Position numbers and translations under genes: made by a program | NCBI GenBank assembly: GCA_951406725.2 | Contig: OX597815.1 | Coordinates: 134,602,001-134,666,000, forward strand | DNA from: Octopus vulgaris | Lineage: Eukaryota | DNA length: 64,000 nucleotides | Direction of reading: 5' to 3' | Notes under the pieces: model-generated | Told to the model about the DNA's origin: nothing | The model's database searches: none | What the model saw: only the letters and a program-made list of their open reading frames with translations | In this document: piece after piece, positions 44,591 to 58,339 of the stretch | Position numbering within the stretch: position 1 is the stretch's first letter | How the letters are laid out: the number at the start of each line of letters is the position of its first letter

Positions 44591-46131
44591 AAGTAAACAT
44601 GACACTGTTTACTATTTTTTACAATGACAATAATTTTATATTTCTTATAAATTTTCGTTAATAGTCATTTTCTGTCTTGGAATTCCGCTTTTGTTTCCGA
44701 GACAGAAGGACGATGCTTTCCGTATCTAGGTAGAGACTATTAACATTCAGAAATAAAGTTATTGAACGGTTGCTAGAAAGTTCTTACGTGGCACAAAAGT
44801 TTTATTTGTAAAGTATGATAGCCATGTCTCTCTCGAGGTTATTTGTGCCGTTGGAGAAGATATATAACTGCAAAATTCAAAACTTCACAGTGTACTCGAT
44901 TCAGTGAAATCTTTGAAATTGATCAACGACTCTTATCATATGTACATAAACTAACGATATTATTGTAAAGAGTAGGACTTTACAAATATATTAGATCCTA
45001 ATACTGCATAATAAAAAATGATAAGTATGAAGCACCCCCCCCCAAAAAAAAAAAGATAAACACTAAAAAACCTCGATGTAAAAATCAACCGACGATTTCA
45101 ATAATCTTTACTTATGGCATAGTGTTCTCACCTTTTTATGACATTCAATGGTGCGCAGCACCGAAAGCAATGCATTGAAACACTGTACATAGTGAAAAGT
45201 AATCTTCTAATATCGGATATTTATGAGCTGCTTAAGTGGATAAAAGGCAATTAGGGGTGAAAAGAAGTTGAATATTTCTAAATCTAAAATTTTTAATGGA
45301 CATAATTCATTAATTACTCGACACAAATGCCGGAAACTAGGTGTAATCATAACGTTGTAAATTATCCGAAAAAAAAAAAAAGCTGAATACGTAATACCGT
45401 ATAAATGGAAGAGAATTTGATGAAAAACAAGGCACATGATCATACAAGAGCCTCTCACTTATTTCAGTAAGGAATATTCATGGAAATAAAATTTTAATTT
45501 GCTTATATATTTAATGTTTATTGAAATCTGTAGCTAGAATATATTAGGAAATTATTTTTCAAATTTAAAAACAGCTAAAAATAATGATGGTGTTTGAGTA
45601 AATGTTATATTTGCAACAAATAGAAGTTTCGATATTCTATGGTAGTTGCCATCTCGGTCAGAAGGCGAGAAATATATTAGCCAAAGATTTAGTACATCAC
45701 TTGTGGTAGAGCACAAACTGACCTTCCTGTTGATCTTCCGCTATCAAATCGGACAACACAGCCTCTAACAGTATTAAAAAATGTATCAGTCTAAACTTCT
45801 ATAAGATTCAAATATAAAATGGTCGGTCACGCACACACACACACACAGACACACACATACAAACTCACACGCATACACATATATATGTAAAATCAATATG
45901 TTTTTATATTTGAGACTGTGGTTATTGATACTCATGATCACATAAAATATTTCACTCGTTGCGTGCGATTGGGCCCAACTGCTCTCAGTTGCTTTGAAAG
46001 ACTTTGAAACTATTAGTAAAATGTACTGACTGATTTCTATATTTGTAAAAATATGTAACAACTTTGTATTCGCTGTATCGAGTACATGTCCCTTTAATAT
46101 TTGAAACTTGTTTGACCGTTATATATATATA

Positions 46132-46187
<56 letters not shown>

Positions 46188-46189
<2 letters not shown>

Positions 46190-46385
46190 GTTAATCCAAA
46201 CATGAAAACACAAAGAGAAAACACAACAACGCGAGGACGTGGAACGAATATAGTATTATTGGACGCTCAGGAAGGAAGGGAAGAAGGAGGGTTTAACGTT
46301 TCGAGCGGAGCTCTTCGTCAGAAACATAAGAAAAGGAAAGACCCAAGGAAGGGAAGACGGAGGAAAAAAATCGCCAACGATACTC
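46188..46385 (-). repeat. Near-intact dispersed monomer of the 219-bp hammerhead unit, between TA microsatellites
   Basis: Minus strand GTTT-CTGACGA-A-GAGC(TCC)GCTC-GAAACGTT-AAAC at 46291-46325. Highly similar to the array unit. Confidence 0.88.
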
Positions 46386-46388
46386 AAG

Positions 46389-46452
<64 letters not shown>

Positions 46453-47050
46453 CGTGTCTGCATCTGTGTATGTATGAACGTGTGTGCAAGTTTGTAGTTA
46501 TAGGTTAAAGCTTGTGTAAAATCCAATTCAAGCGAGAAAGTAGTCAATACAATCAGGTAGGGTTGCAAAACGCCATCGATTCAAAGCCAAGCCAGCATAT
46601 GTCACCACTCGAAGTTTCATGTCCCTGTTTTTTTTCCTGAGTATCTTATTACTTATGCATGTCTTTTATCTTTTACTTATTCCATTCTCATGGGGCTGCG
46701 GTCATGCTGGGGCACCGCCTTGAATGGCGTAATCACACGAGTCCTTTCCTTGTACTCTCTTTCCCTGCCCTCCGAACTGCTCAACTACAGGGAAGTAAAC
46801 AAACCAACAACAGCTGTCCTGTCCAGTGGTGGTGGGGAACACACACACACACACACATACATATACACAGGGTCTCCATGTACCAAATCCACTCAAAATG
46901 TTTTGGTGGGCCCGGAGCAATAGCAGGTTTGATCCAGTAAGAGTGAACCCGGAACCATATGGCTGGAAAGCAAACTTCTTACCACATAGCTATGCCTGCG
47001 CCTATGTTTGTATGTTTACACATATATTCTTGTATGTATGCATGTAAGTA

Positions 47051-47094
<44 letters not shown>

Positions 47095-47346
47095 TAAGTA
47101 CGTACAAATGCATACACGCATGTATGATTATATGCTTTGGTCTACAAGAATTAACATACATAAATATAACCCGTAACTACTTTGTGAGTGAATGATCTTT
47201 CCTGTAAATTTTTAGAATACTAAGAAACGACTAGTTTTAACCATTTCCGCTGTTATAAGGTTGGAATTTGACCAAATGAAACTTCCATATTTGATTGTTG
47301 AACGTGCAAAAACGACACCCAGTTCTTAGGCTTTTCCATAAAAAAA

Positions 47347-47802
47347 TTATCTGTCTGCCTTGTTCCACATAACTACAAGATAACGACTGGAATGTGTCAT
47401 ACAAAGGTACAGTGAGCAAAGATATATTGACCAAAGATTATTCTGCGACATTAAAAGATATGGCAGCCAGGACTTTCTGCTTTCACAATGTATTTATAGA
47501 ACCGGTAATATTACCCATGTTTTAGGTATTTGAATAGTCTACAGAGGAAATCCATTCCATTGATATGAAAATCCATACTGTTCTGATAGCAAATGAAAAC
47601 TTTCTCATGAAATTCTGATAGAAACGGGTCCTGACTCAGAAGAAGAGACGGTCGAGAAGTTAAGATTAGCCCAGATAATTTTTGAATGTCATTTGTTATC
47701 ACGCGTGCATCTGAACTACAGCAATAAAAAGAAATACAACGAACAAGTGTTTAAAAATAACGAGAAAAGCGTTTTTATAGTCGAGCGTGAATTGCAGAAG
47801 CA
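47347..47802. repeat. Local duplication, copy 1 (copy 2 at 50767-51156)
   Basis: CTTGTTCC..AACTACAAGATAACG..GAATTGCAGAAGCA is present twice, with two indels. Confidence 0.85.
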
Positions 47803-49195
47803 CTTGGTTTCCAATGATCTCTTATGCAACAACAGAACTGCCACATTGCTGATTTTCAACAACAACCTGATGGCAAAACACTCTACATTGCAAAATCAAA
47901 AGAGTTTAATATGGATATGCTTCCTGTAAACTTCAGGATGTTTCTATCCTCAACAGGAAGTGTAGCTCCACTTGGATTTGTGACATTTACATCAAGTCTC
48001 TCGCTTTTGGCATGAGAGAGAAAGAGAGAGAGAGAGAGAGTAAGAGAGGGAGAGGGGGGAGGGAGAGAGAGAAACTACGGCATATCTAACGAGCCTTGTG
48101 AGGAAAAAGAGACTGAAGAACGCTTAAAAACACAATATGCGACCGAAAATGTCGATTGTGCCACACTTATATAGAAGACATACATGTGATTAGCTACTTC
48201 CACAAATGTCAATGCAGCATGGTGTTATTGCTAAAACAACATGTAATGCCATCGGTAAAGTAGACTGCCTTGGGATAAATATTGAAAATATTTCTGTTGC
48301 TGAGTACAAGTAGCTCTTGCTTCCTGAACTTCCAGTTTACAAGTTTACATCTTGACAAGAATTAACTGCAATAGAAAAAAACAAAAAAAACAGACCCCCC
48401 TCCAAAAAAAACCTCCAAAAAGCGTCAAACAAATAAATACACACAAGAAAAGATTGCGTGTAATTCAATACGTGTTGCCCCAAAATAATACCCTAACTGC
48501 TGAATACATCTCTTACTTGAGCCAAAGACCACATTATATTGGACAACAATCTGCAAGCTCGTGCTTTGTGATTTCTCGATTATCGAATGATAACTGGGAG
48601 CGAATTAGCTTGTAAAACCGATAGCTATCTATATACATAATTTCAAAATACAAATAACATTAGTGAAATATTTCCCTCAGATTTTCTTCCAAATACAAGC
48701 GTAACGAGGTTGATACAGATGTTTGGGACGGAAAAAAAAATTCTGTACAATTAAAATTGAATATTTTCAAAAATCGTTTGAGAAATAGAATATTTATGAA
48801 ATACTTCGAAAACCATAGCTTCTCTGTGTAAATTATAAATTCATGACACCCAAAATCGTTGGTGCAAATAGTTATATCAATAAACACTTCATTTGTAAAC
48901 CTGGAAAGCTAGGGCTTTCAAGCAAAGAACATGGCCAGTTAATGCGCTTTTTTAAATACAATATGAAAGCGGAAGAGTGAAAATCTATAAAAACTTTCTA
49001 AAATTCAACATGCAAATCTTGTTTTAGCTATCTAAATTCTGTAATGAGTATCTTTTGTTAAAATTTCCTGCTTTTATAACAAGATTTCAAATTAGAATAA
49101 AGAAAATATTCATCTGTACATACTTATACGTACATCTATGTGTGTATGATATACATACATACATGCATACATACATACATACATACATACATAGA

Positions 49196-49273
<78 letters not shown>

Positions 49274-49290
49274 TACATACATATATATAC

Positions 49291-49323
<33 letters not shown>

Positions 49324-49505
49324 CATATATATATACATATATATACATACATGCATAGATACATACATATATATACATATATACATATATATATATATAA
49401 ACACACACGCACACACATATATATATGTATGTGTGTGTATGTTATGTAAATGTATGCCTGTGTGTATGTTTTTATATGTGTATGTATGTATGTATATATA
49501 ATAAG

Positions 49506-49623
49506 AATAATTTCTAGGATGGAGTTTATAAATATATATCGCTACGTACATTTCCACAAATTATGTGATTTGTGGAAACGCGCGTAGCGATGTGCTAAAT
49601 ATTTATAAATTCTATCCTAGAAA

Positions 49624-49630
<7 letters not shown>
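49506..49630. repeat. Fold-back palindrome containing a hammerhead 3' half
   Basis: Arms AATAATTTCTAGGATGGAGTTTATAAATAT / ATATTTATAAATTCTATCCTAGAAATATTATT. GAAACGCGCGTA at 49575. Confidence 0.75.
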
Positions 49631-49686
<56 letters not shown>

Positions 49687-49816
49687 CCCACATTCTATCG
49701 GTATAACCGAAATGCAACCACCAAAACTGACTCACTAGTCAGTATCATTAGACGGTAGCCGGCGTAATGAATTAGGAGCTTTATTTGTATACACCTAACG
49801 ATACCTTAAACGAATT

Positions 49817-49920
<104 letters not shown>

Positions 49921-51164
49921 GTATGCACGTGTACACACACACATGCACACACACACATGTGAAGCGATTGGGTACTTTCTATGATATAACTAGCTAGTAT
50001 TTTCTAGTATCATACAAAGTTAACTGTGATAACTTATTGAATCGATCTGTGTCTTGATTATAGTAGTTACTTCAAGCATGACTTTGCCTTCAGGTGACTG
50101 TTCTTTTCCTCGGCATCTCACTGGTTGTTTAAACACCAATCGCAAAACAATATTGAGTTTTGGCGCCAAGTTTAGAATTTCAATTCTTGAGCCTGGTTTT
50201 GCCGATAACCAAAGTGTAAATGGTATTGATTTTTATCCTCATTTTACAGGCAAACGAAAGTATGAGACTATAATTCATCCATTATTTTCTTTTTGTTTCA
50301 GCGTTGTTTCTTGATTATTATCGAACTCATACTTGGAAATCCATCACACATTTCTGAAAACATTTTGGACTTTACAAAGACAAATTACGATCGAGCATTT
50401 TCTTTTTACATAATATATTTTCACAATCAGAAGATAAAGTCCCTCTTGATATTATAGTTGTTGTGCTAAAAGATGGAACATCGTAAATTTCAAATGAAAC
50501 GAAATGTATGTAATGACATAATTATCTCTCTCTCTCTCTCAAACATACACACACACACACACACACTATATATATATATATATATATATATATGAGTGTA
50601 TTATATATATATTATTGATGCGAGCGTGCGCATCTGTACATGGGCGTGCACGCGCACGTCTGTACACACACACGCTTGGACGAACATGCACACACATACA
50701 CGCGCATATACACACACATATACACGCATACACACACATTCGTATTCATTCATATGTACTTATGATTTATTTGTCTTCCTTGTTCCGCACAACTACAAGA
50801 TAACGATGGGAATGTGTCATACAAAGGTACAGTGAGCAAAGATATATTGACCAAAGATTATTCTGCGACGTTAAAAGATATGGCAGCCAGAACTTTCTGC
50901 TTTCACAATGTATTTATAGAACCGGTCCATTCCATTGATACGAAAATCCGAAGTGTTCTGATAGCAAATGAAAACTTCCTCATGAAATTTCAGAAGAAGA
51001 GACGGTCGAGAAGTTAAGATTAGCCCAGATAATTTTTGAATGTCATTTGTTATCACGCGTGCATCTGAACTACAGTAATAAAAAGAAATACAACGAACAA
51101 GTGTTCAAAAATAACGAGAAAAGCGTTTTTATAGTCGAGCGTGAATTGCAGAAGCATGCATACC

Positions 51165-51390
51165 TATTTCTTTATTACCCACAAGGGGCTAAACATAGAG
51201 ATGACAAACAAGGACAGACATAGGTATTAAGTCGATTACATCGACCCCAGTGTGTAACTGGTACTTAATTTACCGACCCCGAAAGGATGAAAGGCAAAGT
51301 CGACCTCGGCGGAATTTGAACTCAGAACGTAACGGCAGACGAAATACCGTTAAACATTTCGCCCGACGTGCTAACGTATCTGCTAGCTCA
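51165..51390 (-). mobile_element. SINE family B copy (long-tail subfamily)
   Basis: Highly similar to 61788-62018 and to the plus copy at 63710-63940. Confidence 0.85.
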
Positions 51391-52165
51391 CCGACTTTTT
51401 GATGCATACCAGTGTGCGTGCATCCACGCATGCGCATGCCCATGTGCTTTCACGCGCGTGCGTGCTTGTGTATACACGCGCAAAACAAGCGTTGGGGGAT
51501 AAGTAAGCGTTGGGAATCGTTAAGCGTTGGGGATTGGCATGCGAGGGGTTGGTAAACGTTGGAGATTGGTAATCGGCGGTCCTGCTCAAGGGGTTGGTTG
51601 GTAGCGGTGACCTTGGTGCAGGCGGTGTAGAGAAGCAGCTGGTGCTAACGTCGTATATCCGGGTTGTTGGCAGTCAGAGACCTGAAATTTGCCAGAAGGG
51701 CATATCTCCGGTGATAGCAATACGATAAATCGTATTTTTTGTTGATGGATACTGCTGGTTGTTAGAGGATATGCAGTTTTTCTCGGAAGCAGAGTTGTCA
51801 GTTGGGGGAGATTGAGCGAATACGCATTTGTGTGCGCTTTCGTGTTCATCCAAGCGTATGTGCGTGTGCATGCCCATGTACAGATGCGCACGCTCGCATC
51901 AATATACACATGCACGCAAAACCATGAGTGCGTCTGCACACCCTCATATAGAACTATATACTTGCACATGCCACCACATCCTACTTCCCCCACCCCAACA
52001 TCCTGACCGATTTTCTAATCGTCACGTGGTTTATTTCCTGTCCACCATGCGGTATTTGCCAACTAACTGTTACCCAACATCAAACCACGACACCTCGTGG
52101 CCTTTCTCGACCAATAGCAGCCCACCTTACGGCAATAACAATTAACTTGTCATTCAAATTCAAAA

Positions 52166-52206
52166 TGGCTGAAGACTAGCATCACGCTTGAAACTCAAGA
52201 GTACCA
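52166..52206 (+). ncRNA. Minimal type I hammerhead motif
   Basis: TGG-CTGAAGA-CT-AGC(ATCAC)GCT-T-GAAAC-TCAAGA-GTA-CCA. Confidence 0.6.
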
Positions 52207-52235
52207 ACGAATTTGAATCAAACTGTTTTGATCCA

Positions 52236-52302
<67 letters not shown>

Positions 52303-52563
52303 ATACATATTAATTTTACCCTTTGTTATTATTGATAATAGAATTTCCTCCCTGATAACAAACTACAAATTTTTTTTTCTGTAGTAATTTACTTGAAGAC
52401 ACACGAGGATTAGCAGGGGAAGGTAATTGAACCTCATTCATGTTTTGAATTCGGCGGTACTAACACTGAATATTATCTGTCTGATGCCGTTAGGTGGAGA
52501 GATATGTTCAATTATTCCAGTACCTTCGAATTTAATATTTCAATGTTTAATTATTGATGGGGT

Positions 52564-52646
52564 CCTATGCTGATGAGGAAAAGGGTTGGTAAAATATAAT
52601 TCTATATTCTTTATTCCAATCTAATTCTGAAACGCGCGTCCATAAG
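52564..52646 (+). ncRNA. Type I hammerhead motif with long helix II
   Basis: CCTATG-CTGATGA-[GG..GGTTGG..AATATA/TATATT..CCAATC..CT]-GAAAC-GCGC-GTC-CATAAG. Palindromic ACGCGCGT and canonical GUC site. Confidence 0.75.
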
Positions 52647-53752
52647 TGACCAGATATTGATTGATTTTCGTTACTTTTCCTCTCTGCCTGTGTGGATTGT
52701 TTTCAAGTATTTTGGTTTTTCTGGGAGTCCCTCTTTTAAAGTAGAAGAAAGAGCTAACATTTTTTGGTTGCTATTTCTAAACTTCGGTATGTGGTAAAGC
52801 AAATCTTTGCTGAACCCTAATTATTAATTATCTATCTATATATATATCTACATACATATGTATACATATACGTGTACGTATATATGTGTGTGTGCACAGA
52901 ACCTTCCTTACACAAACACACACATACACACACGAGCACGACCACACACATATGCATGATACCCTGCATAATACATATACACAGAAATGAGAAATATACT
53001 TTTACAATTATAATTTCATAATACCAACAGAGAAAAAAAACAAGTAAAAATTAAAGCACAGTTAGGAAATACGATTGTAGAATTTTATTAAAAAAAAATA
53101 TAATGTTTGTAATTTTTATAAATAGGTATAAAAGTGGCTTACAAGAATTTGTAACATTCATGCAGCTCCCAAAAGCAATAACAATAAAAAATTATAAGAT
53201 TGGCACCAGGCTGTGAAATTTAGGTTATGGAAGAATGAATTTCAGTATTAATTCTATTAACAAATGAAAGATGCAAATCAAAGTGTCCCCTCGATGGGTG
53301 TTGATCATTGGTCGTGAAGAGATGTAATTAAATACCATAGAACAATTATAGTTTTGCACTCTACAGGTTCTATAAATACTGGCGACCGCTATACCACCTA
53401 ATAGAATTACCAGTTCCTCCCCATGATCAACTTTATATTAGAAGACTAGCTGCCTTACCAACGAGTATCATTGTACTAGAAGAATAAATTTTCACTTTGC
53501 ATTTGTGAAACTTTTAAAAATTTCGATCTAAGACAATCTTTTAATGCACCCCACTTACACACACGTTTACAAGTATAGCTATACGGTTAAGTGGTTTGTT
53601 TCACCGATTTTGGATTTAAGTTCGATTCCAGTGAGATGCACACTGAAATAGTGCTTTTCCTGTTCCTAGAGTTGGGTATTATTGTGAGAGTGGAATCTGG
53701 CTGCTGGAAATTGTGCGAGTCATCTCGTATGTATACATCGATGCATATATAT

Positions 53753-53830
<78 letters not shown>

Positions 53831-53868
53831 GTGTGTGTGTGTGTGTGTGTGTGTCTGTGTCTGTGTAT

Positions 53869-54010
53869 GGAGGCGCAATGGCCCAGTGGTTAGGGCAGCG
53901 GACACGCGGTCGGAGGATCACGGTTTCGATTCCCAGACCGGGCGTTGTGTGTGTTTTTTGAGCGAAAACACCTGAAGCTTCACGAGGCTCCGGCAGGGGG
54001 TGGGGGTGGG
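53869..54010 (+). mobile_element. SINE family C 5' portion
   Basis: Near-identical head to the copy at 18156. Confidence 0.8.
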
Positions 54011-54108
54011 GTGGATATCATTAATTAAAACTATTGAAGTGGGACCCCCAATTAGTATAGCTGAAGTCCAAATGACTGAAACCAACAAAAGTGAGTATAA
54101 ACACTCTC

Positions 54109-54139
<31 letters not shown>

Positions 54140-54449
54140 TGTATGTATGTATGGGTAACTGGGTAATGTAGATAACTGGGATAAATCCGACATAAAACCT
54201 GCGGCTTAGTGGTTACCGATGATGTTGACTTGTTCTTCTTTTCGGATTATGGCTGCTGTTGCTTAGTGAGTGGGATTGACTCAGTGCACAGCTTTTCCTC
54301 ACTTTAAAAAAAATCTCCTTGCGCAGGCATTGCAAGATAACAACATTGATTAAGCTTCGTGCAATGGCCATACTCGATAACGAGGGGGCAGCCACCATGT
54401 ATGTATGTATGTATGTATGTATGTATGTATGTATGTATGTATAGGCTCA

Positions 54450-54604
54450 GTAGTGGGTGTGTGGTAAGAAGCTTACTTCCCAACCACTTGGTTCCGTGTT
54501 CGTCCCACTGCTGGGCACCTTGGGCAAGTGTCTTGTACTATAGCCTCGGGTCGACCAAAGCCTTCTGAGTGGATTTGGTAGACGGAAATCGAAAGAAGCC
54601 CATT

Positions 54605-54663
<59 letters not shown>

Positions 54664-54779
54664 TGTGTGTGCTTCACCTTACCCAACCATCGCTTGACAA
54701 CCGATGTTGGTGTGTTTACATCCCCGTAATTTAGCGGCTTGGCAAAAGGGACGGATAGAATAAACACTAGGTTTACAAA

Positions 54780-54780
<1 letters not shown>
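54450..54780 (+). mobile_element. SINE family A copy
   Basis: GTGTGGTAAGAAGCTT..GGGCAAGTGTC..GGATTTGGTAGACGGAAA..ACAACCGATGTTGGTGTG. Confidence 0.8.
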
Positions 54781-54824
<44 letters not shown>

Positions 54825-54972
54825 AAGGCATGAAACTAGGTATTAATATTTTCGGTCGATAACTGATGAAGAATTAGGGTCCTGGTTTCTGTCCTACGTA
54901 TACGTCTTGTATTTTATGTATTTTTCATTCATGGTATAACTGAACGCCACACAACGCGACTTTTGTTTACAG

Positions 54973-55066
<94 letters not shown>

Positions 55067-55086
55067 TTATATACATGTATTTAATA

Positions 55087-55171
<85 letters not shown>

Positions 55172-56889
55172 TATATGCGTGTTTATATGTTTGTGAGTGT
55201 GATATTATTTTAGCACCACAGAAATGTTTATGATGTTTTAAAGCAACGCCCATGGCCAATCAGTACATATTTCAAATATTACACAGGTCAAGAAATATAG
55301 CTGCCTTATATTAATACTCAATGTCTCCTAAAAGCAGTCGGTTGGGTCGATGTCTTCTAATAACAATAAAAACAAATTAGTGACATATTACAATCTTTGT
55401 TTTAAATTCCGTACTTTTTAGCCATTTTTAATGCGTAAAATATTGGGTTTTCTTTTGGCTTGTCACGCCCATTTCATAGACATTTTCAGTGTAAGTGAGG
55501 TGAGGTTTCTTTTCTTTCAGTTGAATTATAGTAAGCGCATGAGAATTCAGTGTTTGTACCGAGCAACCAGTCATAGTTGCTGACTGTTAGCTCTCAAATA
55601 CTTTAGCTCTAAATATGTACTGCAGACCGGTTTAATACATCGTCAAGCCACGAGGAACCCGTTAAGGGTTACAAACTGCTAGCCTGGATTCCCCTCACTT
55701 AATTTCTAATTTTTGTTTTGAGTCTTTAACCTGCAAATACCATATTCGGATTAAACAATTATGCTGGTGCTAGAGGATTTGAAAAGATAAAGGACAAGTC
55801 CTTCTTTTAATAAATATTTTAAAAAATACATAGTAACTTCTATCAGCAATTTATATATACTTTCACATCCCCCAGCATGGCCACAGCCTCAAGGCTAAAA
55901 CATATAAAAGAATAAAAGAATATGATTAACTGCTTATTAACTAAAATAGCTTTTTTTTTTATTAGATTCTGATCTTTATATTTTTAAGGGCATTAAAATA
56001 GTAAACAGAGTAAGATAGTTAGTTTTCAATTGAAAAACGACTCTTCCTACAACCACAAGTTTTAGGGAGTAAGAGTTGATCAAATCGATTATATATTTAT
56101 ATTCACATCGATTACAGGACGAAAGGTGAAAAAGTGGGGACGCAAAGGACGTAATCAACACCGGTGTTTGACTGTGCTTGTTAAACATCGTCCCCTCATT
56201 TAGTTATAGTAACAATCACTTCTAACATAAACGCTATCCCACACGTGTAAAAGAGAGTTTTGACTGGTACTTATTTTATCGACCTCGGAAGGGAAAGCGT
56301 CAAATTAATCTGAGTTGGATTTGAACTCAGAATATAAAGTAAAAGTTAGTACCACAAAATTTTGCGTTCGCCTTTCAACCTATTCTGCCAACCAACGGCT
56401 CCCCCATCCCCATAAAGAGAAAAAAACCCCCATTTATTATAAAATTTATTTTTTCTCCCGTCACAAAGCTTTTTGATCGGGGTAAAAATACAAAGATATA
56501 ATTTACCTCAGTTCATACAAGGTACTTAATTTGTTGCCCCCAATCCGGATGAGATGAAAAGTAAAGTTGGTGAAAAAGACGACGCTGGTTACAATGAACC
56601 TAGAATACGAAGTACATATCCAAGTTGGCTCTCTGTCTGCGCTCTCAATACAGTTATGATCCCCAGGAAATAATAACTATTGTTGTTGTTTAGCTTCATA
56701 TTCTGATCGGGCAAAACTTTTGTAAAATGCATTCCAACCTCGACCATCCTATCTTATTCACACGCACACCATACCTAGAAGTTCTTTTCAAAAAGATGTA
56801 GGGTGTGATTTGAGAAAGATTAGGCTGCTATTTTTAGCAAGTCAGGTCACCGCGTACAACATCCTTGGTTGTTCGTCTGAGTGGTGAAA

Positions 56890-57065
56890 TCAGGTATGTG
56901 TCTTCATGTGTTTACTGAGGTGGTCTTTGCGTGTGAAAGCCTTGCAGCAAACACTGCAGCTGTGGGGTCGCTCCCCAGTGTGGATACGACGATGTCGAGT
57001 TAACTCCTCATTTCTTATGAATGCCTTTCCACATTCCGGTTCTTTACACACAAACGGTCTCTCAC
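56890..57065 (-). CDS. hkb: Terminal coding exon of a huckebein-like (SP/KLF-related) C2H2 zinc-finger transcription factor, fingers 2 and 3
   Basis: Acceptor TTTGTTTAG|GT (phase 1, within the TGE linker). It encodes (G)[65 protein letters not shown] and R.DHL.KHMKTH match Huckebein as recalled, rather than the KLF/SP RSDEL and RSDHL helices. Confidence 0.85.
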
Positions 57066-57273
57066 CTAAACAAACGATACAGAACAGAGATAAGCAAGTA
57101 AGTAAACAGGAACAATATCAACGAACAAAACATAACAGCAGCAACAATCAATGACATATTACCTTAGTACATCGTAACAGATTAGTAAAGGTGGGGGTAT
57201 ACATGCTTATGACATATACAAACAATAGAAACGGCAAAATAAATAAAGAGATTAATAAATAAATAAAATAAAC

Positions 57274-57466
57274 TGGCTGTGTGGTAAGAAGCTTGCTTCT
57301 CTACCACATTGTTCCGGGCTCAGTTCCACTGCTTGGCACCTTGGGCAAGTGTCTTTTACTATAACCTCGGGCCTACCAAAGCCTTCTGAATGGATTTGGT
57401 AGCTGGAAACTGACAGAAGCCCGTAGTATATATCTATGCGTGTGTGTGTTTCTCTGTGTGTGTATA

Positions 57467-57497
<31 letters not shown>

Positions 57498-57735
57498 GCG
57501 TATGTATTTATGTGTGTGTCTTTGTGTCTGTGTTTGTCTTCCTCACCATCGCATGACAACCGGTGGCGGCGTGTTTATGACCCTGTAACTTATCGGTTCT
57601 GCTTATGCCGAACCAATAATTTAAATACTAGGCTTACAAAGAATAAGTCCTGGGGTCGAGTTCTTCGACTAAAAAACCCTTTAAGGCAGCATGGCTGCAG
57701 TCAAATGACTGAAACGTCTAAAAGAATAAAAGAAT
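57274..57735 (+). mobile_element. SINE family A copy (intronic to the hkb-like gene)
   Basis: Same head, internal microsatellite and CAGTCAAATGACTGAAAC tail as 6326-6745. Confidence 0.8.
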
Positions 57736-58339
57736 AACAAGAATCCAATCACATATCTATTATCTACCGAGGTCGGGGTAAAATAAATTGACCTGTTATT
57801 AAGGAAAAGGACAGACCTACTGTCTAGAGATAGAAGAAAGTCGTGAGCACGTGTTTCTACCTCAGATAGGTGTCAACAGCATGACAGTTGTTCTAACCTA
57901 TCTCCAGCAGACAAGGGGCATATACGCATAGAAAAGAAAGAAAGAGAAAAAAGAAAAGAGAAATCAACCGACTAATTTCTACATTATAAATACAATGTGT
58001 ATGTGGAACAGAAAAATAAGCAAGACTTTTCTCGAGTTCAAAGTGTAAACTTGTTTTAGTTATCTACAACCAGCGACGGAGCTTTGTATCTTTGTTACAA
58101 ACCAGCTGCACTCTCAGGGGAAGAATTTAAATAATTAAAAACAGAAGAGGACACACACGTACACGCACACATAAAAATACACACATATATATACATACAG
58201 ACGAACGCATACACACACACACGCAAACGTGTATATCCACAAAAACTCAAAAGTTCAAGTAGTGAGATGAAATATGTAAAGTGATGAGTATGTGATCATG
58301 AATTAAAATATTTACTGAGATTAAAGTTGGTTATGCATT

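Noticed and set aside
54832-54875. GAAACTAGGTA followed by CTGATGA (possible permuted hammerhead)
   Set aside because: Helix II does not pair and helix I is only 3 AU pairs.
56906-57154. Plus-strand 82-aa ORF
   Set aside because: It is the antisense shadow of the zinc-finger exon.
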